Of a DNA stretch of 64,000 nucleotides, positions 15,426 through 27,454 are shown piece after piece. Position 1 is the stretch's first letter. The number at the start of each line of letters is the position of its first letter. The stretch covers positions 121,160 through 185,159 of the forward strand of contig MU619279.1 of NCBI GenBank assembly GCA_025201805.1, in the 5' to 3' direction. The DNA is from Parasitella parasitica NRRL 2501 (taxonomy: Eukaryota; Fungi; Mucoromycota). A program made the position numbers and the translations under genes. A model generated the notes under the pieces. That model ran no database searches, had not been told where the DNA came from, and saw only the letters and a list, made by a program, of their open reading frames with translations.

Positions 15426-16370
15426 ATGGCGTTGCTTTTCTACGTTGTTATTCTTTTTCTCTTTGTTAGCAGCTATTCATTGAATATAGTTGCTTTGATT
15501 TTGCCCAGATGGTAGTTATGGTGACACTATTCCAATAAATAAATAAATAATAAAACCTGAAAATCCTTGATAATAGGTTAAAATTCATTGTTCTAGATCC
15601 ACAACATTACTCCAAGACGACCTATGGTTTGTTTCAGCAGTGTGAAAGGTATAGGCATCTGGATATGTATATATAAAGCATTTCATTGTATTGATAAATT
15701 AATCCAAAGTTCCACGGGAGAATGCAAATCATTTCCTCAGGAAAATGACTGTAAAGAAGGTTTGTTTATTTGGAAACTCTATATATTATACCCACGAATA
15801 AATCACTGACAAAATAAAAAATTTACAGAAAGATTTTGTGAATTATGGTAAATGCTTTTCTTCATTTCAAGAGACACGATTCGTTATTACAAAAGAGGAC
15901 TCAGTAGTATACAAATACTAGGCAGATAGCAGGCGCTGGTGTCATTTTGGCTATATTCATTGGCATATTGATCATAATTGCACTGTCAAGTATCATTTTC
16001 ATTAGAAAGGATAAACGAGTTCAAGGTTGGAACTTGATTACGGGGTAAAAAACTATACAATGTTAATGAAACAACGACCCTAAAGATTAATATATATTTA
16101 TACATAATCAGGATGCTCGTGCTTCATGGTACTACATGTGAACATGAATTCTATATTGATCCTAATGCTTATTTAGCTATCCCGCTGATTGTGTCATTTT
16201 CAATTGTGATTTATTTGTCCAACATCAATAGCACCAATTTTCATTTAGGGACAAGTTACGATCAATCCTTCATAATGAGCGGCATATCCTGGTGCTCAAG
16301 CGTGATTTTGGCGTTTTTTATGATGGCATTTTCATCTTCAAACAACAACGAATATGAAAGTTTGCTATAA
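15426..16370 (+). CDS. Claudin/PMP22/Sur7-superfamily four-TM membrane protein (7 exons)
   Basis: Spliced translation: TM1 (ending ALILPRW), a loop with YGLFQQCESSTGECKSFP..DC..FCELW, and three further hydrophobic segments. The tail ends NNNEYESLL, a YxxL/dileucine-type motif. Confidence 0.75.
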
Positions 16371-16659
16371 AAATAATTTACAATAATATTAACCTGTTGC
16401 TGTTGGTTACAAAAACCATTTGAAATAGCTTAATACAATACTTTTTTTGTACTATTGTGTTACAATAAATAATATATATAAAAAAAAAAATTTGGTTGTT
16501 GATAGTATTGTTAAAAAGGTACATGTATCTTTTTATTTTTTTTTCTTTTTTTCTTGGCTTTCTTTTCTTTTACATTATCTACATTTCATCAATTTAAACA
16601 TATACCCTCACATTCATCAGGCAACCATCCCCCTTTTTGCAGCAGAAGTTTAGTTACGT

Positions 16660-18159
16660 ATGTTTCATTCTTCTAGTTCACGACATGAACAATATCTTTT
16701 CCGTTCAAACACATCAAAAGCGACATTACATAAAAAACGATCTTCTCTGGAATCAGAAAATTCAGGGGCAGATAGTGGATACACTTCATCTTCCTCCACG
16801 CCATCTGCCTTGACGTCTCCTTCCACCGCTGCGACGTCGACTGCAAACGTTTCTGAGATTGCTAGCATCACCAACAAACATGTGACCCCGCCAAATCATG
16901 ATTTGATTGCAACAGCACCAACAGCTACAGTGAAGAAAAAGAAATCGAAAAGGCATCAACCTCCTCGACAGCCCGATCTTGTTTATTCTTGTCCGAGGCC
17001 TTTAGCCTTTCCGTTTCACAACGATGACCATTTTTTACCCATTGCGGAAGCCGATCCGCGCGATGTAGCAAGAGTTTCTCCATCACTGAATAGATCCTCG
17101 TCGCTTCAGTCAAGCAAAACATCAATTGGGTCTACTCCAATGTATGAAAACTACAGCTACGCTGGCAGCAATAGCCAGAAAGGTTTAGACAGCGAGTCGT
17201 CTTATAGCCGGCAATCTTCTATCTTCAGCACAATTCAGCGTGGTACCGTGCGCTCCATCCGATCTCTGTTCCAGCTATCGGAGTCGCACTCTACTGGAGA
17301 CTTGAACCGTGTTCAGACCAACAACACTACAAAAACAAACTATAGCGGGTCTGCCTCAACTTCAAACCCTCCGTTGCAGAAATTGGTGATTAAGAAAGGA
17401 ACAGTCCAGTCCATCAAGGATATGTTTACCTTGAAGCGAAACAACATTCAGGCCCAACGTGTACCACAACAACAACAGCAACCATCACTAAAGCAACAAA
17501 ACGGAAGAATAAGTGCCGCTATTGGCCAGTTTGAGTCATCGTCGTCTACCATCAACTATTCCAGAGCATCCATCGCTGCCTCTGCATCCAGAAAGGGCAG
17601 TTCAAAATCTCTTGCAGCTACCAAAATCAGTATTACGCCTCCAACTCCCTCTCCTTCTCCCTCTCCCTCCCGATCCAAGTCTCTGAAATCCAGGGCTGCT
17701 GAATTTGCTAGCCGAACAATATGGAAACCCAAGGCTCAGGAACCCTCGTTGGCGGCAAACGCGACTCCTGCAACCAAACCGCTACCCAAGAACCCAGCTG
17801 GCAAAAAGACGCTGAAATCAGAAGTCAAAAAGATCTCAGCGCGAGTAATGGCTTTACCGAAAAAGTGGGCCAGTGCGACGCCGTCAGCAGCAGCAACAGC
17901 TGCACCATCATCATCACCATCACAGCCAGTACCAGGGCCTAATGCCAACGACACATCCAAGTCTAAAAGATCTCTTTTTGCTTCATTAAGACGATCCGAT
18001 GTATCTGCGAGTGTGGAAAACGGGAAAAAGGGTGTTTGTACAGCCACTCGAGATGAAACAACGCCCCCTTCTGCCCCTACTACCAAGGTTGGTAAGATGT
18101 GGAAGAGCTTCAAGGGCTTCGTCACTGGTAAAAAACCTTCCAAAATTGGTATCTTGTAA
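16660..18159 (+). CDS. Uncharacterised 499 aa Ser/Pro/Lys-rich, likely disordered protein (single exon)
   Basis: Uninterrupted 1.5 kb ORF with coding-like composition and no recognisable globular domain. Confidence 0.75.
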   Translation: MFHSSSSRHEQYLFRSNTSKATLHKKRSSLESENSGADSGYTSSSSTPSALTSPSTAATSTANVSEIASITNKHVTPPNHDLIATAPTATVKKKKSKRHQPPRQPDLVYSCPRPLAFPFHNDDHFLPIAEADPRDVARVSPSLNRSSSLQSSKTSIGSTPMYENYSYAGSNSQKGLDSESSYSRQSSIFSTIQRGTVRSIRSLFQLSESHSTGDLNRVQTNNTTKTNYSGSASTSNPPLQKLVIKKGTVQSIKDMFTLKRNNIQAQRVPQQQQQPSLKQQNGRISAAIGQFESSSSTINYSRASIAASASRKGSSKSLAATKISITPPTPSPSPSPSRSKSLKSRAAEFASRTIWKPKAQEPSLAANATPATKPLPKNPAGKKTLKSEVKKISARVMALPKKWASATPSAAATAAPSSSPSQPVPGPNANDTSKSKRSLFASLRRSDVSASVENGKKGVCTATRDETTPPSAPTTKVGKMWKSFKGFVTGKKPSKIGIL

Positions 18160-18261
18160 ATCACCCCTTCTTCCTGACCTTATGATTATGTAATTTTTTA
18201 TTTTTGCTGTAACTTATGTTATGAATATGTTTATCCTTTTATGCCCTTTTATTTAATATTG

Positions 18262-18305
<44 letters not shown>

Positions 18306-18332
18306 TACACATATACACATATACACAGAGAG
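18262..18332. repeat. Compound (CA)n/(TA)n/(AG)n microsatellite
   Basis: Visible directly in the sequence. Confidence 0.9.
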
Positions 18333-18603
18333 AGAACTATATACCAGCCCTTCTTTTAGTTTCCCTTCTCTTTCATTTCGTTAATTTTATTGGCCTACAT
18401 GTTGTACAACAAATTAATAAACAACTTGTATAAATACCTTAGTAATTGCTTACTGTGCATTTTGCATTGTGAATTTCAAACAGCAAAAACATGACAAATA
18501 TACTTTCTCCATTTATCCCGTTTGTTTTATAACGCATGTATAAATAAGTATTCATACGCTTTTTGTCTTTCTTATCTCTCCAGCAATCTTTATCTTTGTG
18601 CAA

Positions 18604-19596
18604 ATGTCTAGTTCTCCTCAATGTGCTTACATCGGCTTGGGCGCTATGGGCAAATCCATGGCCGGCCATATCGCCAAGAAGCTTGAAAGTCTAAACTACC
18701 CTCCTCTTTTGGCTTACAACCGTACTCAAGCACGCGCCGAAGATTTAAAGAAAACCCATAGAGTAGTGGTCGCCGAATCCTTGGAACAAGTAGCGCAATC
18801 TGCAGACATAATCTTTTCCTGTCTCTTGAATGACGCTGCTGTCGTCGATACTGTCAACTCTCTCAAACCTTACTTAAAACCTAACGCAATCCTTGTAGAG
18901 TCCTCTACCATCAGCCCCGCTCTTGCTCAAAAACTTGCTGCTGAACTAAAGCAGAAAAACGTCTCTTACATTGCTTGTCCCGTAGTTGGTCCTCCAGTAC
19001 AAGCTGCTTCAGGTAGCTTGACTGTTTTAATTGCTGGTCCGGAAGATGCGCGCCAGCAAGTATTGCCCTTGTTGGACCAGGTTATTGGGAAAAAGGTGAT
19101 TAATTTGGGCCAGGACGTTGGTGAATCATTGCGTTTAAAGCTGTGTGCCAACTTCTTTGTTACCAGCGTAGTAGAAGTGGTCGCTGAAGGCATGACTTTG
19201 GGCGAGGCAGCTGGTGTGGGCCAGGAAAATGTCAAAGAGTTGCTTGATTCCCTCTTTCCCAACACTCTTTTCGGCATCTATGCTGGCCGTATGCTGAATA
19301 ATACCTACCGCGATGAGATCGCTTTCCCTATTTCCGGAGCAAAGAAGGACGTTGGTCATATCACTGAAATGGCAAAGGAGAATGGCGTCTCGCTTCCTGT
19401 TACTGAAATTTTTCTGCAAAATGCCAATAAGGTACAAGAGGAGCAAGGCAATATTGACTTGTCTGGCATTGTTGGAAGTAAGTTCACACTTTGCCATAAA
19501 AATATAGATTAAATCGTGCTAATATTAGTCTAAATACTAGATTTGAGAGTGAAGGCCGGTCTCGGTTTTGATCTTGAAAACAAAAAAGAGAAATAA
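18604..19596 (+). CDS. NAD(P)-dependent beta-hydroxyacid dehydrogenase (3-hydroxyisobutyrate/6-phosphogluconate dehydrogenase NAD-binding family)
   Basis: Contains YIGLGAMGKSMA, AYNRT, ESSTISP, ACPVVGPP, catalytic LKLCAN and KDVGH. One 3' intron (~19478-19540); the final exon ends NKKEK*. Confidence 0.9.
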
Positions 19597-19739
19597 CTGT
19601 CAATTTTCAAGGCTTTCTCTGAATACATAATTGGTTATCGTAACATTCTCTGTATCAATAAAATATAACATCTTCACCCTCAAAATAATAGTAATTCAAT
19701 GCAGATTTATTGACACTTGAGAATTAAAACTATATTTGA

Positions 19740-22298
19740 TTAAGCTTGGAAAAGTGTGTTTTTAGGTGTCGTGGGCGACTTTATAGCATTGGAGTCTGTA
19801 GGCAATCTGTTCCAGTAGCGTTGTTGGATAATACCTTGCTTGAAAAGATTTTCCAAATCATTTCCCATGTCACTAGCGAGGAATACGCCGATATTTTTTT
19901 GTTTAGGAACACTGATGTTGAGAGCTTCAGGTGGAAGCTGTGCAGCCTTCAATAAAGTAGCAGCACGACCACTAGCAGCGATGGGCTTGCCATGGCGATA
20001 TGCATCCAGCAAGAACACAGAAGGTTCGTTGTATGGGAAAGCAGATACAGAATCCATAAGCAACTTAAAAGCACTCTTGTCGCCTGAAGGTACATAGACA
20101 GCATCGTAAAGAACTGAAGACGTTGTCAAGAACGTGTGAGTCGTATTGAGCCCGTCTTGTTCGCCCAATTTAAAGCCAACGTATTCAGGGTAAGCGCCTT
20201 CTTTCTTGAGGAAGTTGTACATAGCTTTTGCTTCAGAGACGTCAGTACCAGGAGCAGTAAAGATGGCCACCTTCTTGGCACGAATATTGTTAGGTTTGGG
20301 GTAGTTTTCAATGGACAAGCCCTCACTGGTCTTTTTCTCGTTCTTTGTCACAGGCTTTGGCTCGGGTACACCCAAGGAGTACGCAACACGAACAGCCAAA
20401 TTGTTGTCTACACGGTTCAAAACCTGCACCATGTTACTACGAACATTGTAATCGGGACATTTACCAATCTCAAAGCGAGCACCATCGACTAATTGCTGCT
20501 GCTCAGCGGTGGTCAGGCTGTTCCAAAAGAGCTGGGCTTGAGAAAAGTGATCAGAGTATTTGCCGCCTTTGCCTCTCTGCTTCCGGGCATTAAGCTGTTC
20601 AGGATATTCCAAGTAACCGTCATCCTTGTCATTGGCCATGGCAGGCGTGTTGTTTTTCATGGTGTTGGGGAAGTAAGCAACTTTGCCTTTGTAAACATTG
20701 CGTTGCATGTATCCGTCACGTTGATTGTTGTGAACAGGGACTAACGGCTTGTTTATGGGCAGTTGCAGGAAATTGGCAGAGTTCATTCTGTTGATCTGAG
20801 TGTCAAGGTAGCTAAACAGACGGCCTTGTAAGAGAGGATCATCAGTGAAAGTTATTCCTATACGTACACACACATGTCAGTGAGCGTAAGAGCTAAAATC
20901 GTATTTGCGAATACATGCCTCTGACAATATGTCCAAGATGGAACGTAACCTGCTCGGTTTCAGAAAAGAAGTTCTCAACATTGCGATTCAATGTCATTTT
21001 GCCCAATTTAGTTACGGGAATGATAGATTCCGGAATTATTTTGGTGGAATCAAGCAAATCAAAGTCGAATTTGTCTTCATCTTCAGGCTTTACGATTTGG
21101 ACGCCGAGTTCATATTCGGGATAGTCTCCGTTCTCAATAGCGTCATACAGATCATTGCGGTGAAAATCAATGTCTTTACCAGCGATCTTCTGCGCTTCGT
21201 CCCACACCAGGTTGGACAAACCTTGCTTGGGTTTCCAATGAAATTTAACAAATACAACTTTGCCTTGCTCATTGATGAATCTGAATCTATAAGTTTGTTA
21301 AAAAAAACATTAGTAAACATGACGCCATTGTCAAATCATTGAAAAAAAAAAAAAAAAGGTAATATTGACGTACGTGTGGACCCCAAATCCTTCAACTTGT
21401 CTGAAGCTTCTGACTAGGCCACGACCTGAAAGCGCCCACATGACAGTGTGGATGCTTTCCGTGTGTTGCGAAAAGAAGTCGTATGAAGAACAATGCGCAG
21501 TACCTGCTTGGGGAACTTCCTTGTCAGGCTCAGGTTTAGCTGCGTGAATCAAGTCTGGAAACTTGATGGCATCTATATGTGTGTTAGTGCATTGTTTTAT
21601 ATATTGTATTTCAAAGCCTTGTGCACACCTTGGATAAAGAATGGGGCAATGACGTTACCGACTGCATGTAATGATGAATTAGTGCTGTGCCAGTAGATTT
21701 TCTTTGGTATAACCTTACCCAAATCCCAGTTGCCTTCCTCGGTGTAGAAACGAGTAGAAAACCCACGGACGTCTCTGACAGTATCAGGAGAGCCTCTCGA
21801 CCCCAATACAGTAGAGAAACGAACAAAAACAGGTGTCTTTTTGTCAGGATTTTGAAGAAACTTGGCAGCAGTAACGTTGGACCAGTCGTGATAAGGCTGA
21901 AAGAATCCATGAGCGCCTACACCTCTTGCATGAACAACACGCTCTGGAATCCTAAAGTATACATGTCAGTTTGCGGCCTATGACACCGATGCTTCAATAA
22001 ATGATAGTTTTACCTTTCATGATCTATATTCAAGGAGCTTTAGTACACATGGCAATCTATCTTTTCATTATGTATGCTTACCAAAATGCATAATCTTTTC
22101 TCTCAATTGGAAGTCTTCCAACAAAGTTGGGCCTCGTTTACCAACAGTCAAGCTGTCAGTATTGTTGATTTTGACACCAAAATTAGTGGTCTCTGTGGTG
22201 CCGGCATCATTAACATAGGCATCAGCAACAGGATCTTTTTGTGCCAGGCAGTATTGAGCAATTGCACAAAGCGGGATAATAGAAGCAAGCAATTTCAT
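19740..22298 (-). CDS. Secreted large-subunit heme catalase with a C-terminal DJ-1/GATase-like domain, multi-exon
   Basis: Signal peptide [42 protein letters not shown] (via a 10-nt microexon at 22014-22023), [18 protein letters not shown], heme ligand motif [12 protein letters not shown], and C-terminal domain [19 protein letters not shown]. Confidence 0.95.
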
Positions 22299-22809
22299 AC
22301 GTTCTTTTTGATGAATTAATGTTGATTAAAGAAGAAATACAAAAGAAATACAAAAGAAATATGAAGGATGCATTGATGTCTTTTTATAAGCGATATATTG
22401 ATCTGGGGCGCATCTAAATGTTTCAATCAAGTTAATGCTGGTAAGTGAACTTTAATTTGTTAAAATAGTTTGTGCTCTTCATATTGTTAGTATGTACCGC
22501 TCCAATATGTTACAAACTATTTAGCAAGTCTATGGCGTCGTTCGTGTGGCCCTGCATATAATGCACTTTATTAAACTCGTTCAGAGCAGGCCCTTGGGAT
22601 CAGCACTCAGGATTCAATTTATCTAGTTTCGGATTTATGTTTATTTGATGTATCCGCTACTAGTTTGTTTAGTTTATTTCTCTTGTTTCCTTCATACCAG
22701 TCAATACCTTTGTTTAACAGAAAAGGAAAATAGAGTAGACATAGTAGATGCCAAGTCTTTGTTCCAAAACGATAAATAATTCGACATAGTATATATGGCT
22801 TTTTATTTT

Positions 22810-23281
22810 TCTACCTCCAATTTTCTAAACATCAACTCTTTCTCATTGCCCAATATTTTTTCCCTAGTGTCCTTTACAAGGTGCTCTCAAGATACTTGCT
22901 AAAATTAATTGCTGCTGTTCTGAATGTAGCTTGCCTTTTTGTTGATTGCTTATGAAGCGGCTGTTGAAGCCATTTATCATGACTTAAAAATGGCATTCTA
23001 CATGCAAATGTTGTGCATTTATCCAAGAATCATTTTCAAGAACCTGATGACAATTCCTTCATGTCGGCATTCAATCATTGCCGAAATGTTTCTCTTGATA
23101 GAAACTTTCATCAATGAAAAGCTGCATTGAATTCCCATAAATTTACCGATGGTACCTCACAAGTCTTTACAGATCTTGAAACTGAGTCGGCCACTTCAGC
23201 CGTACCAGTAGAGGAATTAGTAGCAATGAAGCTGATGGCAGTGGGTTTATTCATTAAATTTATATTTAGTCTTGTCATCAT
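22810..23281 (-). pseudogene. Degenerate ORF, possibly a repeat or transposon relic, interrupted mainly by in-frame TGA
   Basis: One frame reads MMTRLNINLMNKPTAISFIATNSS...VNLWEFNAAFH**KFLSRETFRQ*LNADMKELSSGS*K*FLDKCTTFACRMPFL...SKYLESTL*. Family not recognised. Confidence 0.35.
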
Positions 23282-23398
23282 GATTGGCTATCTTTTGAAT
23301 CTATTTTTGAAAGGCCCTTACGTTCATAGAGATTTGGAGGTGCCCCTATAATCCGAGCCTTTTTCTCTCTCTCTTTTCTTTCAAAATATAATAATACC

Positions 23399-23967
23399 AT
23401 GAGTCAAGTTCAGAGACAATCATTAGAAGAACAGCAACATCAGCAGCAGCAGCAGCAACCACCTCAAGTACCTTCCCATGGACCTTTGGATATTTCGCCT
23501 ACACCATCAAGATCAGTCCAACGCTCAAAGACAGTTCGTAACCTTAACTCTGCAGGAAGTAAAGTGAGAGGTCTATTCAAGAACAAAAACAACAAGACCA
23601 AAGAATCATCAACATTATTTAATAGCGCTGGCGATGACACTAACAACACCTTCTTGACAAGGCCGCCTTTATCTTCATCTGCTTCGTACGGACCGACAAG
23701 TGGAAGCGATAGCCTTCACTATCAGCATCAGCAGCAATATACTCTCCCACCTCCACAACCGCAACTGCGATCACAGCAGCATTATCAAAAACAAGGTACA
23801 CAAATATTTGCTTATTTTGTTTGATTTCCTTTATTTATAACTTTATTTTTTGTTCTCCTTTTTTTTCTTTATTCTTGATTACTTTAGAAGAACAATTTGA
23901 TATGAATTCTGCCGAAAGTGAGGTGAAATCAACTACTTTGCCTGTAGATGAAGTTGATCAAGGTCAA

Positions 23968-24058
<91 letters not shown>

Positions 24059-25023
24059 GACAGCAGCAGCAACAGCATATAAACTATCAACTGGAACTTG
24101 AACAATTAAATGAACTTATTGCCCAAAGAACACTGGAAATTCAAAACGAAAAGAAGACCAAGGAGCGTCTTCAAAACGAACTTGGTGAAGCTCAACGTAT
24201 ATTTAAAGAAAGAGAAGCTGAATATTCGTCTATTGAGCATAGTTTCTTTGAGCATACCCGTGCTATCCGTGCCACTGATGACGATTTATCCACCATTCGC
24301 GATTCTTTCAAATTGCTCAAATACTCGATTGCTCGTTTGATCATGACTTTGAACAAAAAGGCAGACAAAGCCAAGGCTGCAGAGAAATTTTGTCAAACAT
24401 GGCCCAATTTACCTATTGTCGACCCCACTACGCAAGAATTAGAGCCTTCCTTTGTCAATCTATTGGCTGAGAAACTGGTTCATGAACATTTGGTCAAGCA
24501 TGTCTTCAATGCACCCATTTACCCTGGACTCAAGGTCAACGATGCTTATCACGCTTTGAATACATGGCTCCAGCGACACAAATCTCAATTCTCTGTTCGT
24601 TTGAGACAACAAATGGCTGCTGTCGTTGCAAAGAGTAAACCAGAAACAGAAATCCAACTTGCCGCACAGAAAGAAAAACTGGTTGTAGCCAAGAAAATCT
24701 ACGATGATTTAGCTGATATTTACCACCCATTTTTGCGCGAAAATGATGCTGCTGTAGAAGAAGAAAAGCGATATTACAACAAGATTTGCGATATTGTGGA
24801 TAAAGCGCTTAAATTATGCATTGCTATTCGTGGTCAAGAAGTGGAAATTAAAACGGTAGCTATAGAAGAAGGCTGCAACCAGCCGTTTGAAGAGGAAACA
24901 ATGACAGAAGTGAAGGGTAGAACAAGTGGTATGGTTCGTTTTTGCATATGTCCTACTTTTATGGGTGGCGATGGTGAACATGGTTTCCTTGAAAAGGGCA
25001 AAGTGGTTATTTCAAGTAGTTAA
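23399..25023 (+). CDS. Uncharacterised polyQ/coiled-coil protein with a globular C-terminal domain (2 exons)
   Basis: ATG at 23399 and an intron at ~23796-23887. Contains a polyQ tract, a coiled coil, IRATDDDLSTI and C-terminal VRFCICPTF...LEKGKVV. Confidence 0.8.
23965..24075 (+). repeat. (CAACAG)n coding repeat giving a polyglutamine tract of ~36 Q
   Basis: Visible directly; near-perfect alternation of CAA and CAG. Confidence 0.95.
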
Positions 25024-25128
25024 TAAATGATCCATGTGGTACAAGGGGTAAAAATTGCTGTATCTTTATTTCGTTTTACTTCATTATTATGTTTACCCTT
25101 TTTTTTTTTATTCCTTAAATAAGCCTAC

Positions 25129-26308
25129 ATGTCTCGAGAGAGTTCACTTGTTACTCCACAATCAGAGCATTATAGACACAACTCATTCAACAGAAATGAG
25201 AGCAACGTACGTCCAGTTGATTCTACCTCCAACTTGTATCGAGCTCCATTACCACAGCCCTATCATCTTCCCCTTCGTCAAGCTACTATGTGGGAGCTGA
25301 ATGAATCACAGAGGCATTCACATCAATCTATACGTCGAGGCTCAGAGCAAGTTTTTCATCCACCGTTGTATGCCAACACTTCATTTCCATATCAGCCTAT
25401 TACAGGGTTCGAGCCGTTAGACCCATCCCAGGGATACAATACAGTGCAGCAGATATTCATTGCTGAGCCTGACGAAGATCCAATGCAGCATCTTGTAATT
25501 ATACCGCTTGGAAAAACTGGAGCAGGAAAATCAAGCCTTTTAAATTTGATATTGGGTTACAATGAATTTAAAGCAAAAGCTGCAGCCAAAGTAAGTCGCA
25601 GAAGGAGGCCAAAGCGATAGCAAATAATTGAATTCTACGTTATTTGTACAGTCTGTAACAGATTGTATAACAGAACGGACAGGAGTTTGGGCGATCGATA
25701 AAACAGAATCCATCATCACAGTGGCTGACACACCAGGATTTGCAGATTCAATGCAACGAGATACAGAATTTCTGCAAGTTTTTCAAGATTATATAGCAGA
25801 TCTTGGAGGTCGTTTAGGCATTGATGCATTCCTACTAGTCTTTCAATGTGATTCCTCGACAAACAAGTAAATTATCATTTAAAGTAGAGATATACTACAT
25901 GAGCATACAGCAGCTAACACCAGTAATAGTATTATGTCTATTTTAGAGCATTTCAATAACATGATGCAACAATTTCAACCAAATACATGGTGGAACCACG
26001 TCATGCTGGTCTTTACGCGAGTGGATTATTATCCCAACCTCAAATTTCCTCCAAATATCCTTAGTAAAAAGCAGAGCATAGCAGAAATACTGATACCAGG
26101 CATTCAAAAAAAATTCAATCTGAAATCTCCACCAAAGTATGCCTTTGTTAGTAGCAAGGCTCCCAATTGTTCTTTCTCGAAGAAGGGCCAATGTGATTGT
26201 TTTGCTGCTTCAAAGTACCACTTGGATCAAATGAGAACCTTGAGGTCTAGGATAAATTCCATTCTTACAGATAATGGAGGTAGATGGATACCATCAGATT
26301 TACAATAA
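25129..26308 (+). CDS. AIG1/GIMAP/Toc34-like P-loop GTPase (3 exons)
   Basis: G1 LGKTGAGKSSLLNLILG, G2 SVT, G3 VADTPGFAD, GIDAFLLVF and G4 MLVFTRVD. Confidence 0.85.
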
Positions 26309-27454
26309 AATCTTTTCATGCAACATAAAACCATGTATTACACAGCATTTCAGGCAAAAATGATCACTATATCGTACAGTATAATACTGTGAGAGTGCCA
26401 AAATTAGATTTGCCATGATATGAATTATATTTAAAAATACCTTGATACTACCTCTATAACTGAGACTGTGGTTGTTGAATAACCACAACTACAGATATCT
26501 TAAATATTATTAATTAATAAACTGATTTAAAATAGAAAATTAAATCTATAATTTAGTATTTTTAGTCAAACATATTGTTTAAATTCTATAATTAATGTAT
26601 GATTGATATTAATATAGGACTAAGAAGGTTACGGATCTGTCAATAAACCCTTTAAATCGAGTATCGTTCTACATTTCTGATTTTGAAATTCCGGTATTTC
26701 AACTCCTCTATAATCGGAGTTAAATACAATTTAAATTCAGACGGCCTCACACAATTAATGGTCAAGAAAATCCAGAAAAACATCAAACTTCTTTATTAAT
26801 ATGTGTAGGCTTTCTCTTTCATTCTATACATAGCTAGACCAATAATAACATGATATAAACACATCCTGAGCAGCCGTGAGCAAGAACGAACAAAACATAA
26901 ATGCAACATTATTATTTCGAACATGCTATATCTATCCAGAGTAATCAGCAAAAAGCAATGGCGTTGTAGTGAGTTTGCTGCGAAATATGACTAAAGCTGC
27001 CACTATCTTCTCTCAGTTGTTACTTGTAAGATGATGGTTATACCCAGATTACTCGCCCGATGGCCGTGATTTTGTTTTGTGTCATTGGTCAATATTGAGT
27101 TAAATGTTCTGCTTGGTACTATTTAAATTGAAATTTATTGTTAAATTCAAGTTGCATCTTGTATTTGATAAATTGGCAAAAATATGAATCCTGAAGTAAG
27201 GAGTATGAAGATACATCAAATATACAACTTTTTTTTGCAACCAATGCGTCTAAATACAGGAATACAAAAGCTTCGTGAACTATTGTTTTATCAACAACCT
27301 TAAGTTGTATAGTCAGTTTTATTTCAAAGCAATTAGATACATCTTCATAATGCAGAGAATTTCGCATTTTTAAATCATTTATTTGTATCAAATTACATAT
27401 GAAATGTCATTATGAATTAAGGCTACTGCCAGATCAGATCAACGGCTGATATAT

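Noticed and set aside
19470-19620. Possible cryptic peroxisomal targeting through intron retention or readthrough in the dehydrogenase
   Set aside because: Neither the retained-intron end (HKNID) nor the readthrough extension ends in a PTS1-like tripeptide.
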